Of a stretch of 64,000 nt of DNA, positions 24,694 to 36,900 are shown one piece after another (within the stretch, counting starts at the first letter, position 1; each line of letters opens with the position of its first letter). The translations under genes and the position numbers were made by a program. The DNA is from Octopus sinensis (lineage: Eukaryota). The notes under the pieces are model-generated. The model worked only from the letters and a program-made list of their open reading frames with translations. It made no database searches and had not been told where the DNA came from. The stretch spans positions 23,932,001-23,996,000 of the forward strand of contig NC_043007.1 in the NCBI RefSeq assembly GCF_006345805.1, written 5' to 3'.

Positions 24694-25597
24694 TTAGCTG
24701 ATGTACCTGGTAATTCTCAGGAAAGTGGGGCTTATCCCTTGGTTCTGTTCTCATAATTGTTTCGCTAATCCAATAACAACACTACAAAGAATATAGCCCT
24801 TAAAATGGTTTTTGTGCATTTACAGAGAATACCGAACTGTCTTACACAGGATCTTGTTTTTAGGAATTCCCAATAAGTTATGACTACCAAAATTGTGAAG
24901 TCACTTATGTAATAACATGAAATTAGTTACCCGATAATAAGAATTCAAATAAAGTAGCCCTGAAAAGGGCTGTAATGCATTCCCAGAGTATATAGAACTT
25001 AGGAGGAAATACTAATAAGATATGTATACTAAAATCGTGAAGTATGTTACATAATAACAGGCTAATCAGATATGAGATAATAACAATTCAAAGTAAACAA
25101 CTCTGAAAAGGGCTTTTGTGCATTCCCAGAGAATATTACCCTCAGCAGCGCTAGTGTTGGTATATTCGTGAATAAGTCACTAACTGAAGTAAGTGGATCT
25201 ATTGTTTAGGAAAATACTATTTACTTGTTTAAGGGTTGTACTGAATAAATTGCGAAAATATCTCTAACAGTTCAAATACTAAGAAATAAATATACTCAAT
25301 TTGATTTATACCAAATGATTTAGGAAAACGAATGAGTTATTTCCCTTGACTGTTAAAATCTGGGCAAATGGATTATTTCCCTTGGCTGTTAAAATGAAAT
25401 ATATTAGATATATTTAAAGATCCCTTCCAGGGGCCTTATGATTGATTTTTTTTTTCAACAGTCTGAGTATGCCATGAGGTTTCCAGAGTTCTATTCGCGT
25501 GTCAAGTTTCATAAAAATTGATAAAACGATGTAGGAGGAGTTAGCTAACAACTCCACAAACACACCCACAGATGGAATTTTCCACATATGTAGTAGA
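24694..25597 (-). mobile_element. Non-autonomous Helitron
   Basis: Minus strand begins A|TCTACT and ends CAGCTAA|T (5'-TC, 3'-CTRR, between A and T, no TSD), within a (TA)n tract. Internal ~155-bp degenerate tandem units (ATAATAA..AATTCAAA..CCCTGAAAAGGGCT..TGCATTCCCAGAG). Confidence 0.65.
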
Positions 25598-27384
25598 TAT
25601 ATATATATAAAGCCCAATTTATTTGTGATCAGAGGCATTCATAAACTGAGGTATTAATAACAAATATAAGAAAGACAGGAGATAAAGCATGATTTATTCA
25701 TGATCAGTTGTTTGAAAACCAAGGTACTACTGTATGTTGAATTCAGTCCGTTATTTTGATACCTATTTCATCAACCTTGAAAGACAGAATGACAAAGTCA
25801 ACCCAGGCGTAAGGGGGCATAACTAGAAAATAAGTACCAAATGGTCTTTTGGATTCAGTCTACTGCTTTTGCCATCCCTTGATGTATTTATATATATGTG
25901 TGTATGTGTCTGTACAGAGGTGCATTTTCAACCACAGGTTTCAGGTTCAGTCCTTTTGGGCAGTATCTTGGTCAAGTTTCTTCTACTATAGCCACAAGCC
26001 AGCCGATACCTTGGTAGATAGAAAAGTTTTGATTGAGCCAATGCTTTAGGTATCATACAGTGTGATTGAACCTAGAACCATGCGATTGCCAAGCATGTAA
26101 CCATTGATGGTGTTTGTCATTATCATTAGTTTTGTAACTATTTTCCTTATGCCAGCATGGCTCAGATAGTCTTATCTCTTTCATGCTGTTACTGATGATT
26201 CTTAATTTTTTCAGGCCATATATATTTTCACACAGTTTTTCTCATTATGCCTCCACCTTAGTACATTTGTTTAGAAACAATTGGGTTCTACTTTATCCCA
26301 TTGATTTGTGACATTTTATCTCTCAGCATGAGCATTATTCAGCCTTATATGTATGTCCAAACATTCATAATACTATCTCTCTGATGAAGCACGTGATATT
26401 TCTAATATCACCCTCCCCCTCCCCCCAAGCTATGTACTTTGATGCCCACTATATATTCAGCAGACTGTATCTTCACACCCCATATTTGTTTTGTTGTACA
26501 ATATTGCACACCTGGGACATGTCATGTTCGCAAATGAAATCTCTTGTCTATGTTGCGATGAGGTAAGCTATGTCTTAGTTTCGTTTATAGTTTAACTTAA
26601 TTGTGTGTGTGTTTTTTTTTTTAATTCTTGTTATTGAAAAGAATATCTTTTCAAGAACAGCGTAGTGGCAGAATTGATAGAGTGGCAATGACAGAAATAT
26701 TAGTATACTGTTTACTACAGTTTCTTTTTTCACACCTGTGAGTCCAAAGTAAACTCCATTTCAGTGTTGTCTTTCATTCCGTTTTGTTTCCCAGTTGTGG
26801 CTATTTCATTTCTATACTTCTATCCATAACTCTAATCTGTCAGAAAGTCATTTGAGCTAATTGATGATGATTGATTGTGAATTTTGATACTTGATTTTAT
26901 TCTTTCCAATAGATGGTTTCTAAGCTTGAACAAACTACTAGTCCTTTTGACTCTGATAAAATATTTACATGCATGCACGCACACACACACACACTAGGCT
27001 TCATCAGTGAAACATAGTCTGTTACTGCAAATTATTTATATATATATATATATACAGAGAGAGAGAGAGAGAGAGTGAGTGAGTGAGTATCAGTACTAGT
27101 AAGGTCAATTTAATAGACTATATCCATTCTCTGAAATATCTGATTTAACTATTTAAAGGAAATTGTGAGCAGAGATGACGATTACAGATGGATGCATTCC
27201 TATGGAGGTAGAATAAAAGAAAATGTTGAGCATGAAGTAAGACAGAGTGGAATGGAAGTAGTTCTCATTTTACTTCTAGAGCCAGGTTTCTAACTAGGTG
27301 TGATCTCATGATACATAAACATCCTATATACATCTTTAGTCCTCTAAAATTTGCAGTAACATTTAACCACTTTTACAGTTAGAC

Positions 27385-27436
27385 CACATTTCACTGATGA
27401 GGCCTAATAAGATCGAAACATCAACATATGTGAAGT
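27385..27436 (+). ncRNA. Degenerate hammerhead ribozyme-like motif
   Basis: CTGATGAG-GCCT-AATA-AGAT-CGAAAC-AT..ATGT. The core boxes are intact; stem II has one mismatch and the cleavage site/stem I junction is damaged. Confidence 0.45.
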
Positions 27437-27581
27437 TGTCACCATGCTACCAAAAGACTGGAAAGTACAACAGATGAAATATTGTGACTACAACAATGAA
27501 GTTGAGGACACTTAGTTGCATATATTATTAGAATATATTGATGTATAAATATATAAGACTATATAAGTATATAAAAATGAG

Positions 27582-27815
27582 AAGGCGGCAAGCTGACAGA
27601 AACGTTAGCGCGCCGGGCGAAATGCTTAGCGGTATTTCGTTTGTCATTACATTCTGAGTTCAAATTCCACCGAGGTCGACTTTGCCTTTCATCCGTTTGG
27701 GGTCGATAAACAAAGTACCAGTTTCGCACTGGGATCGATGTAATCGACTTAATCCCTTTGCCTGTCCTTGTTTGTCCCCTCTATGTTTAGCCCCTTGCGG
27801 GCAGTAAAGAAATAT
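27582..27815 (+). mobile_element. Family B SINE, near-intact
   Basis: AAGGCGGCAAGCTGACAGAAACGTTAG..GAGTTCAAATTCC..CCTTTCATCCGTTTGGGGTCGATAAA..AAAGAAATA. Confidence 0.9.
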
Positions 27816-29094
27816 ATATTAGTATATAAGAATGTTAGTTTCTCAGCTCAGAAATTCAAAATAAAAATGATATAATTTGAAACCCTGAAACTATATTCAT
27901 GCTGTGGTCCTGAAGAAAAAAAGTAATAAAATAAAATCTGAACTAATTAATTGTCATAATTAACTAACATTTTTATGTAAACTTGTATTCTCTAATTTTT
28001 TGGAGGAAATATTAATTTTCTTGTTTGTGTCGCTTCATGAGAACATATAAGTACATTTAAAGTTTATTTGTAAATGCCAAGTTATTCCAACCTACATTCT
28101 TCCTACCATGATTAGGTGATTTGCAATATAATGGGCTAATTCATTAATTAGCCTTCTCCTGTTTTGTAATTATGTATGTGTATTTGTGTGTGTGTGTGTG
28201 TATATATACACACATGAATGCACACACATGGGAAATAACAGCAAAGTTATAATATTTTTCCCATGCTAACATAATTTTTTAGGGTCTATCATAACTTCAG
28301 TGTGGACCATTACTCTAGTAGCCACTAATCACTTTAGTATTGGCCATCAGCCACTCCAGTTTGAAACAATACTACAGTACCAACACCCACTAGTCTATCA
28401 ACTACTTGTGTTGAGAGAACGACTATCCTTCCATTATGAAATATGAATGTACTCTGTTTTTCTGTTGCTTACTCTAAATCAGATACATTCCCTTGGATTC
28501 GATATAAGGTAAAAAATATTTGTAATCGTTACTCTAATTCAAACCAGCAGAGTTTAGGATATTCTCTCTTAGTCCTTTCTAAATACTTTTATTATGTTCA
28601 TTCAGCTGAAATTGAGACAGTTGAAACTAGTTTTTGACAGCATGTTTTTGTACCAAGCTAGCAAGGATCATTTTGATTAATTTCAGACATGTGGTTGAAT
28701 GTGTTGTTAAGTTTATATGACTGACATTAGCACAGTCAGTTGGTCTTAATCATGTTAACTAATGAAGAAAGCTTAAGATATTTTGATTTATTTAGGTTAT
28801 AAGTTTATGTATGTGGTTAGGGTAGGAATGTTGGGTGAAATAAATATTTTGTCCCATGAACTTGTACTTTAATTATTTATTATATCAACAGGCCTATAAA
28901 ACATTACTACTATGCACTCTTGTATTTAGCAGATATGATTTGAAGTGCATCAGTCTTTGTTTCATCAATATCTTTTCTTTCTTTTGATGTCTGTTATATT
29001 ATTTCTTTCATCTTTGTAGAGTTGATGAAATACATACCAATCAAGTACTGGTATTCATGTTATCAGTGACACTATTCACAAATCTGTGGCCCTG

Positions 29095-30545
29095 TGCTTA
29101 TGGCAAAATTGTTAGCAAGCCGGGTAAAATGCTTAGTAGTACTTTGTATGTCTCTATGTTCTGAGTTCAAATTCCACCGAGGTCGACTTTGCCTTTCATC
29201 CTTCCAGGATCGATAAATCAAGTACCAGTCAAGTACTGGGGTCAATGTAATCGACTTACTCCTTCCCCACAAGTTTCAGGCCTTGTACCTATATTATTAT
29301 TATTATTATTATTATCATCATCATCATTATTAATATTATTATTATCTGTTATGTTCTGAGTTCAAATTCCGCCAAGGTTGACTTTGCCTTTCATCCTTTC
29401 GGGGTTGATAAATTAAGTACCATGAAAACACTGGGGTCGATGTAATTGACTAGTCCCCTCCCCACAAATTTGTGGCCTTGTGCCTCCTGTAGAAAGGATT
29501 ATCATCATTATTATTATTATTATTGTTGTTATTATTATTGCCTCCAGTAGAAAAGATTATCATTATTATTATTGTTGTTATTATTATTATTATTATTATT
29601 ATTAACATGGTGGATGATTGAAACAGCAGAGCAAGAGACAAAATGCCTTACTGTATTTGGTTACATCCATCTACATGTCCAGTCAAATCTTGCAAAAATC
29701 ACCTTTGTTTTCATTTATCCAGTGTCGATAAAAAAAGATTGATAGAATCAAATGTGCCCTGCCTATGCTAGAAATAATAATAATAATAATTATAATGGCT
29801 TCAAATTTTGGCACAATGCCAGCAATTTTGGGTGAGGGGCTAAGTTGATTACATTAACCTCAGTGTTCAACTTGTGCTTATTTTATCGACGTTGAAAGGA
29901 TAAAAGGTAAAGTTGACCATGGTGGAATTTGAACTCTGAGTGTGAAGCATTTTGCCAGATGTGCTAATGATTCTGCTAGTTCACTGCCTTGGTAATAATA
30001 ATAATAATAATAATAATGATAATAATAATATAAAAGATGGGCTACAGGAAATATTCTGCTCAATACCACAGATTCGCTTGTCAGTTGTTTGACCGTAACC
30101 AGTTGACCATGTCCCTTAGTGACTGACGATATGTGCATCTCTGACCATGAGCAGAAATAGTGGGGGGGGGCATCATAGCCATGTGTTGAAAGGAATTCTT
30201 AGAGGTTTGGATAATTCACCATGAGATCATCATGTCGTGTACATATAACTGTGATGCTTATGCCTGGTGTATCCTATCAGATGAGTAGTCATGATGGGTA
30301 TATTGGGCTTCCTATATTTGCACCTCAGTGACACTTTGATGGTATGCGCTGCTCTCTCACTCAATAATAATCATAATAATGGTTTCAAAGTTTGGCTCAT
30401 GGCCAGCAATTTGGAGAGGAGGGTAAGTCAACTACATCATTGACCACAGTGCTCAACTGGTACTTGTTTTATTGCCCCCGAAAGGATGAAAGGCAAAGTT
30501 GATCTGGGTGGAATTTCAACTCAGAATGTAAAGATGAATTTGGCA
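29095..30545. mobile_element. Cluster of family B-related SINEs (two plus, two minus) around (ATT)/(AAT)n, plus an unclassified (TAA)n-tailed repeat at ~30034-30380
   Basis: Core GACTTTGCCTTTCATCC at ~29185 and ~29380; reverse complements at ~29885 and ~30480. Confidence 0.75.
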
Positions 30546-30606
30546 GCATTTTGTTTGTCTTTATGTTCTTTGTTCAAATTTATATATATATATTTATATA
30601 TATATA

Positions 30607-30648
<42 letters not shown>

Positions 30649-30883
30649 GTGAAATAGAAAGATGAATAATCTTGTAGCAGATTAATCAAAAGTTTAACTG
30701 ATACCTTGGTAGCAAAAATCACAGCAGAAGACAGCACGGTTGGAGGTACAACCATATGGTGTTGCAACCGTGCGTTGGTGCGGATAATTGAATTTTAATA
30801 TTATTAGTTCGATTTGTTTTGCTCCACCTCTGTTCTGTTTTTGTTTTTTCCAACGGATTTCTTCAATTCACTAATAATATTAT

Positions 30884-30920
<37 letters not shown>

Positions 30921-30921
30921 G

Positions 30922-31206
30922 ATAGATTATTAATCATTATAATTGAAGGTACACAATTATAACTGAGGGTACACAAGGGTCAAAAAATGCTCAAATAAGT
31001 CACAATTTCACTGAGAATTCAACAGGCTGACAAAATCGAGGAATGAATAAAATTTAACCTACCATTGCAGTTGAAAGTCACAAATGAATATACCTATATC
31101 ACATGGTTTCGAACTTTGAGATATTTCCCTTAGTTCTCATGAGTATGTCTCACTGATTTCTAGCACTGTTGGTACTTTGTTTACCCTCCATTATAATTAA
31201 TAATTA
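30922..31206. repeat. Foldback element with minus-strand hammerhead-like core
   Basis: Terminal inverted repeat ATTATAATTGAAGGTACACAA / TTGTTTACCCTCCATTATAAT. Minus strand 31143-31099 reads CTCATGA-GAACT-16nt-AGTTC-GAAAC-CATGT. Confidence 0.65.
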
Positions 31207-31287
31207 ATTATAAATTAATGAATTTGCCTTTTTGGCTTTAAGGCTTATGCTATTGTTATTTATTAATAATATCTTTATATATATATA

Positions 31288-31451
31288 AATCAAAATAAGC
31301 AACAAGGATATCCAGAGGTAATGCAGTACAATCATTTCATGCGACTCCATTTAATTGAACAATGCAATCATTTCATTACATCAATTTAAAATTTAGAGCA
31401 ATCTTCTGAAGATTGCTCTACATTTGGATATCCTTGTTGCTTATTTTGATT
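31288..31451. repeat. Foldback element, 27-bp perfect terminal inverted repeat with inner hairpin
   Basis: AATCAAAATAAGCAACAAGGATATCCA / TGGATATCCTTGTTGCTTATTTTGATT. The inner palindrome TAGAGCAATCTTC-T-GAAGATTGCTCTA is centred on CTGAAGA. Confidence 0.85.
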
Positions 31452-31552
31452 ATAATCACCTTATTTTAAATTATATGGATGATACCATACTAAATTCTGG
31501 CACCTCAACTTAAGTACCATATTCATCTGAATCTAAATTTTAAATATATATA

Positions 31553-31735
31553 GGTGGCACGTAAAAAGCACCCACTACACTCGCAGAGTGGTTGGCGTTA
31601 GGAAGGGCATCCAGCTGTAGAAACTCTGCCAGATCAGACTGGAGCCTGGTGCAGCCCCTGGCTTCCCAGACCCCGGTCGAACCGTCCAACTCGTGCTAGC
31701 GCGGAAAACGGATGTTAAACGATGATGATGATGAT
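31553..31735 (+). mobile_element. RTE LINE 3' end (family C), CpG-rich young copy
   Basis: GGTGGCACGTAAAAAGCACC...GGATGTTAAAC(GAT)n. Confidence 0.85.
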
Positions 31736-31738
31736 ATA

Positions 31739-32004
31739 CTGTTGTGTTTGGGGAGAGTCATTCTCTTTTAGTGCCTTATAATTTAACACACTCACTGGTA
31801 AAATTTCCACTTATTTCTTTCTTATTTTTCTAAAACTTTTGTTGCATCTTGTAACCTTTTAAATAGTTTTGACTCAAAACTATTGAAAAGGTTACAAGAC
31901 GCAACGAAAATTTTAGGAAAATGAAAAAAAAAGTGGAAATTTTACTGGTGAATGTGTTAAATTATAAGGTACTAAAAGAGAATGACTCTCCCCAGTCACA
32001 ACAG
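31739..32004. repeat. ~266-bp near-continuous palindrome
   Basis: Centre AATAGTTTTGA-C-TCAAAACTATT at 31873; arms pair out to CTGTTGTG / CACAACAG. Confidence 0.92.
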
Positions 32005-32810
32005 AATATGCTTCAACACATGAACTCACATAAAGAATCTTGCAAACCAAATCTCAAAACGAATATATATATAAAGGGGATTGCATATAAATGTATGTAC
32101 ACACACACAAGCATGTAACAAATTAGAAAGGTCAGTATGGAAGCAATCCCCTTTGGGATTTAGCATGGAATTATTTTTAAAAAACTTATTTAAAGAATTT
32201 GACTTTAAAAAAAGAAAATCATGAAAATCACGTGAAAATAAAGTAACAAGTCTTTTTCTATCTTGATAACTTAAATTGTTATTTACCAATCTCATTGAAA
32301 GGTTGGAATTTTTTTACCATTGGATCTGGCTAGGGCAATTGTAAATTTAAAAGAAATACTATAGATTCTGCTTTTGTGAGAAAATGAATGCATCTCTAAT
32401 TTTGTGAAGCTGCATGTGGTCTGTAAAAACTCAGCTATGTTCCATGTCTGAGTTTCTGAGATGCATTATTACTACAGTGGTTGCAAATTGTGGTCAGATT
32501 GTTAACTACTACATCTTGTGTTTCTGATGACACTAAATTTGGATTCTCTTCAAATGTTGTTTTTCTACTTAACATTGGGCTATATAATTGATCCCACAAA
32601 CTCACATCTGTAACAATATTTAATTTTACTCCCATTTTTTAAATGCTTCATTTCAAACAACTGCATATTGTTGGAAATGAATGTTGCACAGGAAATTTAC
32701 TTCTTATCCTTAACCCCTTATCATAGTAATATAGAAACTGTCCTATAAACAAAGGCAAGCAATTATGTCTTTTTTAGGGCTTGCATAACCATGTTCTCTA
32801 TAGTCTAGCA

Positions 32811-33129
32811 CAGGGCTGGCCAACCTGAGGCCTGCAGGACGCATGTGGCTTGCAGACTTTAATCTTGCAGCCCGCTTGATACTTTCTTGAAATGTGTTTA
32901 TTTAAACAAACATTTAAAAAATTTTATCAGAAGTTAAATATTGTAATGAAAAGTAAAAATGAAAGATACTACTGCTTTTGCAATCATAATATTTCGATCA
33001 TTCATTCATTATTGTAATAATAGCATGAGAAAAGAAAAGGCTTTCAATTCTCTTCAGTATTCAAGCAGCCCTCAAAAAACTTTCTGTAATAAAAGTGGTC
33101 TACAATGTAATTCGAAGTGGCCGGGCCCG
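32811..33129. mobile_element. hAT (Charlie-like) MITE
   Basis: 8-bp TSD GTCTAGCA / GTCTAGTA. Degenerate TIR CAGGGCTGGCCA ... TGGCCGGGCCCG. Confidence 0.75.
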
Positions 33130-33624
33130 GTCTAGTACTTTTTAATCTCTCAGTCTAATGCCTTATGAACTCTGATTCACACTAAAATAGACCTCCAAAT
33201 GCACTGTGACATCTTCCCCTGGTGATATTCCTCTACCCGGCTGCACCCCACCAAGTAACAATGTAACTGAGTTAAATATGAATAAATGCCTGCCAATAGT
33301 ATTTTGAGAATGTGATAAAAGTAATTATATTGAAAGTGAAATAAAAACACAGCTGGATCATTGACTTTAGGAAGCATTGTTCTGAGCATCATCATCATCT
33401 CTACGACTATTGCTGTTATTTTCATTGTTTTGGTTTTTTATGAAACTTGTTTATTGAATTAGCACCTTTGGTGGGTTTAATTCTCTAAGATTTGTTTGAA
33501 ATATATATTTTAATTTCCTTTGAGTAAGAAACTTAATTCTATCCTTGGTGGGTAACTTAATCAGTCTTCCAGTTTAATATTATCACCTGGTCCTTTTAGT
33601 GGCATCTGCTCTGTTGCAAGCAGT

Positions 33625-33760
33625 AATAATAATAATAATAATAATAACGAAATTATTGTATACAGTGCTCAGGTACACCACAACTTGTCAAAAGTGTGTA
33701 TAAAGTATATGCAGTAATGTACAAATATCTGGAAAGTGAACAGTGTTTGAGTCAGGTACA
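33625..33760 (-). mobile_element. CR1-clade LINE 3' UTR fragment
   Basis: Reverse complement of 38770-38895, with an (ATT)n tail. Confidence 0.8.
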
Positions 33761-34554
33761 TTAGATCAAGTCTCCAATCTAAAGATAACTCAATGTCTCG
33801 ATCTGTTGCTTTGTACTGTAGCATCTCATCTGTCGTAGTTTCTTCCTTCCTTTCTGCCTCCAGTCTTTAATGCAGAAAGATCATGGGTGCTGCTTTTCAT
33901 CCTCAAAGCCCTTTAAAAAAATCATCTTTTGCTCATGCAGTCATAGCAGATCAAATAAGGCTTTATACATATCTGGAGTTGTATGCACCAAAGATCTTTA
34001 GTTCTAAAACTTACATAATAAAAATGATGTAGCAACAGATTTATCCCATCTCTTCCACAAACTAGTTTTATTCCTGTTATCTTCTTGCTTTCAAACTCAG
34101 GACAGTCCTTAGAATTCTATTGCTATAAACTATTACGAGCACCCTTAAACATCACTCTACATCTATACACTTATCTGTATATTTGCCACTTTTCATTATA
34201 CTTTTCAAGTTCCTATATTTTGCTAAGTAGGACTTATCTTTCATATTTCTTCTCCCCACTCACCGTACTTTCTTTCATATTTCTTTTAATATTGTTTTCT
34301 CCCTTTAGTCTCCTCCAGAATACTATTGTTACCAACAGTCACATGAGGACAATAGCATGACACTTATTTGTTGTTGTTTTTTTCTCCCATCTCACTTGTT
34401 AGATACTTTGGATAATATTTTCACATGTCACAGATATGTTGCAGGAAAATGTTTTGTCTAGATGTTGGCTACTCTTAATGCTGTGCAGCATTACACAGAG
34501 TAATAGTAGGTAATGGGGGTCCCTTGAGATTGATGTTATAGTCTATACCTATTA

Positions 34555-34885
34555 GATCTTTTATCTTTTGTTTCAGTCATTGGACTGTGGCCATGCTGGG
34601 GCAGCACCTTGACCCCAGTGCTCCTTTCATTCTTTTATTTTTGATACTTATTCTTTCAATCTCTTATGCCAAATCACTAAGTCATGGGGACATAAGCAAA
34701 CCAGCACTGGTTATCAAACAGTGTGTATGGTGGACAAACACAAACACAGAAACACACACATTCATATATACACATATATGTATGTATAGAATGAGCTTCA
34801 GCGGTTTCCATCTACCAAGTTCACTCAAGGCATTGGTTTGCCTGGGGCTATAGTAGATGACACTTGCCCAAGATACTGCACAGGA
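34555..34885 (-). mobile_element. Family A CORE-type SINE
   Basis: TTTCAGTCATTGGACTGTGGCCATGCTGG ... GACACTTGCCCAAG. Confidence 0.75.
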
Positions 34886-35089
34886 GCAATATATTTAAAA
34901 TTGGTAAAACTAAAAATTGTCAAAGATAAATTAAATTTATTATTGTTACTGAATATGTTAGTTGTTGTTTAATTTCTGAATGGTTTTGCTGATGTTTGTT
35001 TATGTAGTTTGATTTCTTTATGTATCAGTTTCTACTAAGATAGAGATGTGAGTAAAATTAATAATAGAGAAACGAAAATAAAACTTTTG

Positions 35090-35365
35090 AAACAGTAACG
35101 CCACCATAACTTAATGCTTTCAAGGGAGATAATCAGAGAAAGCCTTGAAAGTGAACATAAGATTGTAAAGTAAATATAACAAATAATCCAGAATCCTTGT
35201 CTGGTACTAGATTGAACCCAAAATCTTAGTTCATATCAGTCATGAGGCCAACCATCTCTGAAAGTTTCATCCAAATCTATCCAGTGCTTCTTGAGATATC
35301 TTGTCCATGGACAAAAAAACACAACTGGAAACAGTACCTCCACCTTCGTTAAGGCAGAGGTAATA
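35090..35365 (+). mobile_element. Helentron-associated non-autonomous element (HINE-like)
   Basis: AAGTTTCATCCAAATCTATCC..TTCTTGAGATATCTTG and a terminal hairpin TACCTCC-ACCTTCGTTAAGG-CAGAGGTA followed by ATAAT. Confidence 0.5.
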
Positions 35366-35921
35366 ATGATTTCTTTATTAGCCACTAATGGTTCACAGAA
35401 AACATTGGGGACAGTATAGGATAATACAATGTGGGGTTACATGAATGGCATGTAAAAAATTAAAAACAGTAACAATATGAAATTATAACAATGAATTCTT
35501 CTCCAAAAGAAGGAGACTTCCTAGGGCTGCTGATGGAGACCTCACAAAACCATGGTTACCCTGACTAGCAGGGCAAGTGCCCTCTCCACATCATCCTCCC
35601 TCAATCCACTGACTGATGGTAAAAGAAAGGAAAAGAAAGAATATGAATAATAAAAATATTTGTTTCTAATTTTGACACAAGGTCAGTGATTTTAGGCGAA
35701 GGAAATTGTCTACACCAGCTACAAGCCATGATAATGAAGTTACCATTAATTGACATTGAGGTAGTCTGCAGAAGGGTCTCAAAGAAGTGGTCCTTCTGAA
35801 CTTCTGTCATATATAAATAAATTGCCAGTTTTTATCTCAAGTTATATATAAAAACAGTTGAACATTAAACTGAAGTATTACCGAATATGTTTTAGTTGAG
35901 TATATATGTATTAACTCTTAC

Positions 35922-36032
35922 AAAGGAAAGGTTGACAAAGACATTATAGTTTTAGCTTGCTTACCTTCTTCAGACTATCTGATGAAAGTGAGCAAGCTGA
36001 AACTTTGAAGTCACTGTCAACCTTTTCCCTTT
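35922..36032. repeat. ~110-bp palindrome formed by two head-to-head hammerhead-like cores
   Basis: Centre TTCAGA-CTA-TCTGAT. Plus arm: CTGATGA-A-AGT-GAGCAA-GCT-GAAAC-TTTGAA-GTC. Minus arm: CTGAAGA-A-GGT-AAGCAA-GCT-AAAAC-TATAAT-GTC. Confidence 0.8.
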
Positions 36033-36900
36033 TCCTAGTAATTGCACACACACACACACACCACTCACTCTTTCTACCTGTTTGACATTAAGCATTATCC
36101 ATATATTTCATATGACAAGTCTGATTGGCATGTTGTGTTTCTTACTTTTATAACCACTACTATATGTCAAATGTCCAAAAACATATGGTTTTTAGTCCAG
36201 GAACTGAGTGGATAGTTTTTAGACCACTTTTTTCAGGCCTTTCCCAAGTTGGACTAAGTAACACAGTCCATAAATAGCATTGTCCAATGTACTCAGTTGT
36301 CAGCTTGGCACAGCCTTCACTGTCCTACCTGTCTGTCTGTCTTGTACCGGTGACATGTTGGGTACTGATTAGAAGATTCCAGCACACTTATACCTGCTCC
36401 CACTACCAGATACTTCATCACCATCAGACATTTTAGGGATCCCAAATTCAATGTGTGTGCATGCATGCAGGAGATAGGACAGGTCCCTTGTAGTAGTACT
36501 TGCTACCCTCTAGCTTACAGTTCCCTATTGCTGGCTAACTCAGGCAGTGAACTAAGAAACATTGCAGGATAAGATACCTGCACAATGAAGCTTTGTAGTG
36601 GCATTATGTGTAGACAGTTACCAGTTTCATTATCTTCACTATGAAAAAGATAGTTTCAGTGACTGAAAACAACTAGTACCCTGTCCTTGCTGCAGGAAGC
36701 TACCAGAAACCCAATTTACTGGAAACTGTTTTAAAGCTGCCCACCACAGCTTGTGTTGCTCACTTGGAGTGTATTCCTCTAACCTTTGTCTTGAACTATA
36801 ATTTTGACTCTGTATTAAATTGTTTAATTTTACAAATGAAATGTTATAAGCTATCTTATTAACATTGAATTAACATCAAATTTGTTTCTCTTTATTTCAG

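Larger units (their letters stand above)
24173..25732. mobile_element. pogo/Tigger-like MITE hosting two nested insertions
   Basis: TA|CAGTAGTACCTC(A)GTTTTCAAACAA ... TTGTTTGAAAACCAAGGTACTACTG|TA. The left TIR is split by the 24186-24629 insertion. Confidence 0.75.

Noticed and set aside
30643-30885. Hammerhead within this weak inverted-repeat element
   Set aside because: Both core boxes deviate (CAGAAGA, CAAC); kept only as a weak foldback.
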